A stretch of DNA of 51,534 bases. Origin: Clostridia bacterium. GTDB taxonomy: Bacteria; Bacillota; Clostridia; Oscillospirales; CAG-272. Location: positions 1 through 51,534 of the forward strand of contig JAGCNJ010000040.1 of NCBI GenBank assembly GCA_017646005.1, read 5' to 3'. The position numbers were made by a program, and so were the translations under genes. The notes under the pieces were generated by a model that saw only the letters and a list, made by a program, of their open reading frames with translations, was not told the DNA's origin and did not search any database. This document shows, piece after piece, positions 47,075-51,534 of the stretch (position 1 is its first letter; each line of letters opens with the position of its first letter).

Positions 47075-48109
47075 ATAGATATTTTAACGGTTCTGCTTGC
47101 AATCGTAATATTTTCCGCGCTCATATTCATCCACGAGCTCGGTCACTTTATAGCGGCGCGAAAATCCGGCGTTACGGTCGAGGAGTTTTCGATCGGTATG
47201 GGTCCGAAATTATTCTCCCGCGTTTCAAGAAAAAGCGGCACGCGCTATTCCCTGCGCGCGCTTCCTATAGGCGGATACGTCAGTATGCCGGGTGAAAACG
47301 GCGCATCGGATGACCCGAATGCTCTTTGCAACAAGTCGGTTACTGCACGCATATCTGTTGTTTGCGCAGGTGCTGTAATGAACTTTTTGCTTGGAATACT
47401 TGTAATGACAATCATCGTTTCAACCTCAAATGCGCTTGGCTCGACCACCATTCACGGATTTGACGAGCAGGCGTCAAGCGAGGATAGCGGTCTTATGATA
47501 GGTGACACTATCACAAAGGTAGGAAACGAGCGTGTATACGTTGCCAATGACCTCGTATACGAAATAATGCGTGCAGGAACAAGCCCCGTTGATATTACAG
47601 TAAAGCGCTCGGGCGAAACCGTAGTTGTCCCCGACGTGTGCTTTCCCTCTTACAGCGAAAGCGGCATTCATTACGCCAAAGCCGATTTCTACGTTTTCCC
47701 CGAAGAAAAGAGCTTTTCAAGCATAGTCAAGCACTCCTTCTTCAGATCGATATCAACCGTCGAAATGATATGGGAGTCACTCATCGATCTTGTTACGGGC
47801 AGATACGGCTTGGAAGCGATGTCGGGTCCTGTAGGCGTTACCGAGGCTATCAATGAAACGGCTAAATCAGGAGGCATTTCGGGTGTTTTATACCTTATCG
47901 TCGTTATAACGATGAATCTCGGAATATTCAATCTTCTTCCGCTTCCCGCACTCGACGGCGGAAGACTTATGTTTTTGATAGTAGAAGCTATCCGCAGACG
48001 TCCCATCGATCCGGAGCTTGAAGCTAAGGTACACGCGGCGGGAATTATAGCACTTTTGCTTCTTATGGCATTCGTGACCTACCAGGATATTACAAAGATT
48101 TTTGCCTGA
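47075..48109 (+). CDS. rseP: RIP metalloprotease RseP (site-2 protease with PDZ domain)
   Basis: HELGH, FSIGMGP, LPIGGYV and NLLPLPALDGG. Start uncertain: GTG 47066 or ATA 47075. Confidence 0.93.
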   Translation: MDILTVLLAIVIFSALIFIHELGHFIAARKSGVTVEEFSIGMGPKLFSRVSRKSGTRYSLRALPIGGYVSMPGENGASDDPNALCNKSVTARISVVCAGAVMNFLLGILVMTIIVSTSNALGSTTIHGFDEQASSEDSGLMIGDTITKVGNERVYVANDLVYEIMRAGTSPVDITVKRSGETVVVPDVCFPSYSESGIHYAKADFYVFPEEKSFSSIVKHSFFRSISTVEMIWESLIDLVTGRYGLEAMSGPVGVTEAINETAKSGGISGVLYLIVVITMNLGIFNLLPLPALDGGRLMFLIVEAIRRRPIDPELEAKVHAAGIIALLLLMAFVTYQDITKIFA

Positions 48110-48124
48110 CTAAAGAGGTTTCAT

Positions 48125-49180
48125 ATGAAAAAAACAAACAAAGTTAAAATTGGCAAAATCACAATAGGCGGCGGTGAGCGTATCGCCATTCAGTCTATGA
48201 CCAACACCGATACACACGATCTTGACGCCTGTCTTACACAGATACGTGCGCTCGAAGCCGAGGGCTGTGATATCGTGCGCCTCGCCGTGCCCGATCTTGC
48301 CGCAGTAAGCACTATCGGCAAGCTTAAGGAGCTTGTGCGCATACCGATCGTTGCGGATATTCATTTTGACTACCGCATCGCCATAGAATGTGCGGCGGCA
48401 GGTGTTGACAAAATACGTATCAATCCCGGAAACATCGGCTCGGATGAAAGGGTGCGTGAGGTTGCACGTGTATGCGAGGATAAAAATATCCCTATACGCA
48501 TCGGCGTTAATTCGGGATCGCTTGAAAAAAGCATACTTGCGAAATACGGTCATCCGTCTGCAGAGGCGCTTGCCGAAAGCGCGCTTTTCCACGCTTCCTT
48601 ACTTGAAAAATTCGACTTTGACAACATTGTACTGTCGGTCAAAAGCTCTGACGTAAAAACGATGATAGATGCAAACAGGATCTTAAGCGAGCGTACAAAC
48701 TATCCCTTGCATCTCGGTGTTACCGAAGCAGGCACCGAAACTCAAGGACTTATCAAGTCCTCGGCAGGTATCGGAAGCCTTTTGTGTGACGGCATCGGCG
48801 ACACGATAAGAATTTCGCTTACAGCCGAGCCTGTGCGTGAGATAAAAAGCGCAAAGGCTTTACTTAAGGCAATAGGACGATCGGAAGCAAACACGATAAA
48901 TATCGTATCCTGCCCTACCTGCGGCAGAACTAAAATCGACCTTATAAGCCTTGTCAACCGCTTTGAAGAGATTGCAGATACAACACTCTCGGTGAGCCGC
49001 CCGTTAACCGTGGCTCTTATGGGATGCGTTGTAAACGGTCCGGGCGAAGCACGCGAGGCCGACATCGGTATCGCAGGCGGAGACGGCGAAGCCGTACTTT
49101 TCAAAAAAGGTGAGATTATACGCAAGATACCCGAAGAGCTTATTATAGAAACACTTATCAAGGAAATTGAGGCTATGTAA
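48125..49180 (+). CDS. ispG: (E)-4-hydroxy-3-methylbut-2-enyl-diphosphate synthase
   Basis: IQSMTNT, VADIHFDY, RINPGN, HLGVTEAG, SCPTCGRT and MGCVVNGPGE. Confidence 0.97.
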   Translation: MKKTNKVKIGKITIGGGERIAIQSMTNTDTHDLDACLTQIRALEAEGCDIVRLAVPDLAAVSTIGKLKELVRIPIVADIHFDYRIAIECAAAGVDKIRINPGNIGSDERVREVARVCEDKNIPIRIGVNSGSLEKSILAKYGHPSAEALAESALFHASLLEKFDFDNIVLSVKSSDVKTMIDANRILSERTNYPLHLGVTEAGTETQGLIKSSAGIGSLLCDGIGDTIRISLTAEPVREIKSAKALLKAIGRSEANTINIVSCPTCGRTKIDLISLVNRFEEIADTTLSVSRPLTVALMGCVVNGPGEAREADIGIAGGDGEAVLFKKGEIIRKIPEELIIETLIKEIEAM

Positions 49181-49214
49181 GCCTATATAAAAATAAAGAT
49201 CAGGACGAAGAAAA

Positions 49215-51534
49215 ATGGCTAAAACGTTAAGAGAAAGGCTTGCACGACTTATACCCGACGAAATACAGAGTAAGCTTCTTGACTCGGTGGTAGATCAGAT
49301 TATAAAATGCGATACGGATAACAACCTTATCGAAATCGAAACTACCCACAAAAGTCTCGTTACACCCGATGAAATTGAACATACCCAAGAGGGCATACGC
49401 GCGGCGTACGCCCTTAGATCCGCACGCATTGAACCCAAATTCTATCCCGATCTTTTCGGGTCGCGCGAATCGGTGGATATGCTCATCTTCCTTGCCGAAA
49501 GACGCGGCGCGCTTGCCCACGGTTTCTTTTTCGATTACGTATATACTTACGAAAACTCACATCTTACCATAAAGATAGGCTTCGGAAGCGAGGGCATCGA
49601 CTTACTCAATATCGCCGAAACCGGCAGGATCATGGAAAAGACCTTGCTTGATGCGTTCGGCATAAAATCGACTGTTGCGATAGAAACTGAATATGAAAAG
49701 TATCTTTACGATACCGAGTATATGAAAAATCTTGAGGAACAGACGCTTGCCGGATACAAGATCACGCCAAGTCCCACCTCAAGACCGACAAAATTTCCGA
49801 GCGAAAGTACAGACGATCCTACCGCGGATTACGAACATAAAATGAACCTTGCCAAAGGCGATTTTGTCTTTGAGCAAAGCGAAAAGACTGTGCGCATCGG
49901 TGCTACCGAATTTGATATTTCAGAGCCGAAAGCGTTTATCGGTGAGGAGTTCACCATCGGCGAGGTAACGCCAATGCGAAATCTCACAAAGCCGCTGCGC
50001 GGACTTTTTTTGCTCGGAGAAGCTTTCTATTATGAGGAAAAGGAGCTTCGCGGAAAGGAAAGATACGTCATAACGCTTGGCGTTACCGACCGCGACTGCT
50101 CGATATTTATTAAAATGCCCGTTGAAGCCGCAGAGGTTTCTACCTATGCAGATATCAAGCCCGGCACCGCTCTTGCCATTAGCGGATACACAAAGGTGGA
50201 CAAGTTTGACAATGAGATCATTCTCATCCCGCATGCGATGATGAAGATAAAGATCATTGAGCGCACCGATAACGCCCCCGTAAAGCGCGTTGAGCTTCAC
50301 GCGCATACGAAAATGTCTGCGCTTGATGCACTCATCGCTCCCGAAACGCTTATCAAAACTGCAAGCTCATGGGGACACAAGGCTATTGCGGTGACAGATC
50401 ACGCCGTTGCACAGGCGTATCCCAACGTAATGCTTGCAAGCGAAAAATTAGAGGATTTCAAGGTCATATACGGACTTGAGGCATATTTTGTCGACGATAC
50501 GGCAAGAGTATTGTTTGGAGACAGGGCGCAAGAGGATCTTGACACCAAGCTTTCTGACGAATACATAGTATTTGACATAGAAACCACAGGCCTTTCGGTG
50601 CAAAGCTGTAAGATAACCGAAATAGGTGCGGTGCGCTTTGCAGACGGAAAGGTCGTTGAAGTGTTCAACACATTTGCCGATCCCGGAGAGCATATTCCCG
50701 AAAACATCACCGCTCTTACGGGTATAACCGACGAAATGGTAAAGGGCGCACCATCTCAGGCAGAAGCAGTCAAGGCTTTCCTTGATTTTGCAGGAGACCG
50801 TGTTCTTGTTGCTCACAACGCAAACTTTGACATAAGCTTTATCAGAAAAGCCGCAGAAGACGCAAGACTTCCCTTTAACAATACATATATGGATACAGTC
50901 GCGCTTTCGCGCTTTTTGAATCCCGACTTGAAAAATCACAAGCTTGACACGATAGCCGAGCATTATGAGCTTGGCGACTTCAATCATCACAGAGCCTGTG
51001 ACGATGCCGAGATACTTGCGCGCATACTCGGCAAAATGTTCGAGAAATTATCAAGAGACGGCTTGCGCACGCTTGAAGAGCTTTCGCGAGAGATGAGCGA
51101 CAAGGCTGACCCCTTGAAGATGAAGACCTTCCATCAGATAATCTTGGTCAAAAACAAGGTCGGACTTAAAAATCTTTACAAAATAATATCAAAGAGCTAC
51201 TTAAGCTATTACAGAAGATATCCGAGAGTACCTAAAACCTTACTTGACACTCACAGAGAGGGACTTATAATCGGCTCTGCCTGCGAGGCAGGTGAGCTTT
51301 ATCAGGCGATACTCAGAAACGCTACCGAATCGGAAATCGAGCGTATCGCAAATTATTACGACTATCTGGAGATACAGCCGCTCTGCAATAACGCGTTTAT
51401 GGTAGAGGACGGTACTCTGCCCGATATGGACGCTATCAAAGCTATCAACAAACGCATCTACGAGCTTGGCAAAAGATTAGGCAAGCCCGTATGTGCTACG
51501 TGTGACGCCCACTTCCTTAATAAAGAGGACGAAA
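49215..51534 (+). CDS. polC: DNA polymerase III alpha subunit, PolC type (runs off the right edge of the window)
   Basis: Not in the ORF track. From ATG 49215 the frame contains PHP motif ELHAHTKMS (50292), embedded exonuclease VFDIETTG (50568), HNANFD, HRACDDA, GSACEAGEL and ATCDAHFL (51495). Confidence 0.95.
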   Translation, partial: MAKTLRERLARLIPDEIQSKLLDSVVDQIIKCDTDNNLIEIETTHKSLVTPDEIEHTQEGIRAAYALRSARIEPKFYPDLFGSRESVDMLIFLAERRGALAHGFFFDYVYTYENSHLTIKIGFGSEGIDLLNIAETGRIMEKTLLDAFGIKSTVAIETEYEKYLYDTEYMKNLEEQTLAGYKITPSPTSRPTKFPSESTDDPTADYEHKMNLAKGDFVFEQSEKTVRIGATEFDISEPKAFIGEEFTIGEVTPMRNLTKPLRGLFLLGEAFYYEEKELRGKERYVITLGVTDRDCSIFIKMPVEAAEVSTYADIKPGTALAISGYTKVDKFDNEIILIPHAMMKIKIIERTDNAPVKRVELHAHTKMSALDALIAPETLIKTASSWGHKAIAVTDHAVAQAYPNVMLASEKLEDFKVIYGLEAYFVDDTARVLFGDRAQEDLDTKLSDEYIVFDIETTGLSVQSCKITEIGAVRFADGKVVEVFNTFADPGEHIPENITALTGITDEMVKGAPSQAEAVKAFLDFAGDRVLVAHNANFDISFIRKAAEDARLPFNNTYMDTVALSRFLNPDLKNHKLDTIAEHYELGDFNHHRACDDAEILARILGKMFEKLSRDGLRTLEELSREMSDKADPLKMKTFHQIILVKNKVGLKNLYKIISKSYLSYYRRYPRVPKTLLDTHREGLIIGSACEAGELYQAILRNATESEIERIANYYDYLEIQPLCNNAFMVEDGTLPDMDAIKAINKRIYELGKRLGKPVCATCDAHFLNKEDE

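Noticed and set aside
1-51534. Very frequent AAGCTT / GAGCTT hexamers as a possible repeat or uptake sequence
   Set aside because: Adequately explained by preferred Lys-Leu and Glu-Leu codon pairs (AAG/GAG-CTT); seen mostly in frame within genes. Not counted formally.
1-51534. CRISPR arrays, tRNA/rRNA genes, IS elements, integrases, cohesin/scaffoldin genes
   Set aside because: No regularly spaced repeats, cloverleaf or rRNA signatures, transposase or recombinase motifs, or cohesin-like repeats were seen.

Overview
Chromosomal window from a spore-forming Clostridia-like Firmicute, judged from PolC, YabP/YabQ/DivIC, CdaA/CdaR, HemZ and sigmaA-type promoters. Most of it is housekeeping: a long minus-strand block (cdaA-cdaR-FAD oxidoreductase-rseC-recJ-rel-dtd-hemZ-udk-yabM-mazG-hup-yabO-yabP-yabQ-divIC), a second minus-strand block (htpG to dac), and the rpsB-tsf / pyrH-frr-uppS-cdsA-dxr-rseP-ispG-polC region, in which rpsB-tsf is flipped relative to pyrH. 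The most unusual content is four large secreted proteins at two loci (20366-24343 and 31910-39909). All end in the same variant dockerin-like module (DSVILARxLAxWxxYxxLP). Three of them also share seven copies of an unrecognised ~175-aa domain. Their cargo is an alkaline phosphatase, two paralogous beta-helix proteins (one interrupted by a single in-frame TAA) and a GLUG-type beta-helix protein, which suggests a non-cellulosomal dockerin-based surface display system. Other oddities are a one-lobed prephenate-dehydratase-like protein coupled to htpG, an unannotated 35-aa membrane protein, face-to-face promoters and a probable ATA start for rseP. No rRNA, tRNA, CRISPR array, transposase or integrase was seen. 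All calls come from reading motifs by eye; no searches were run.
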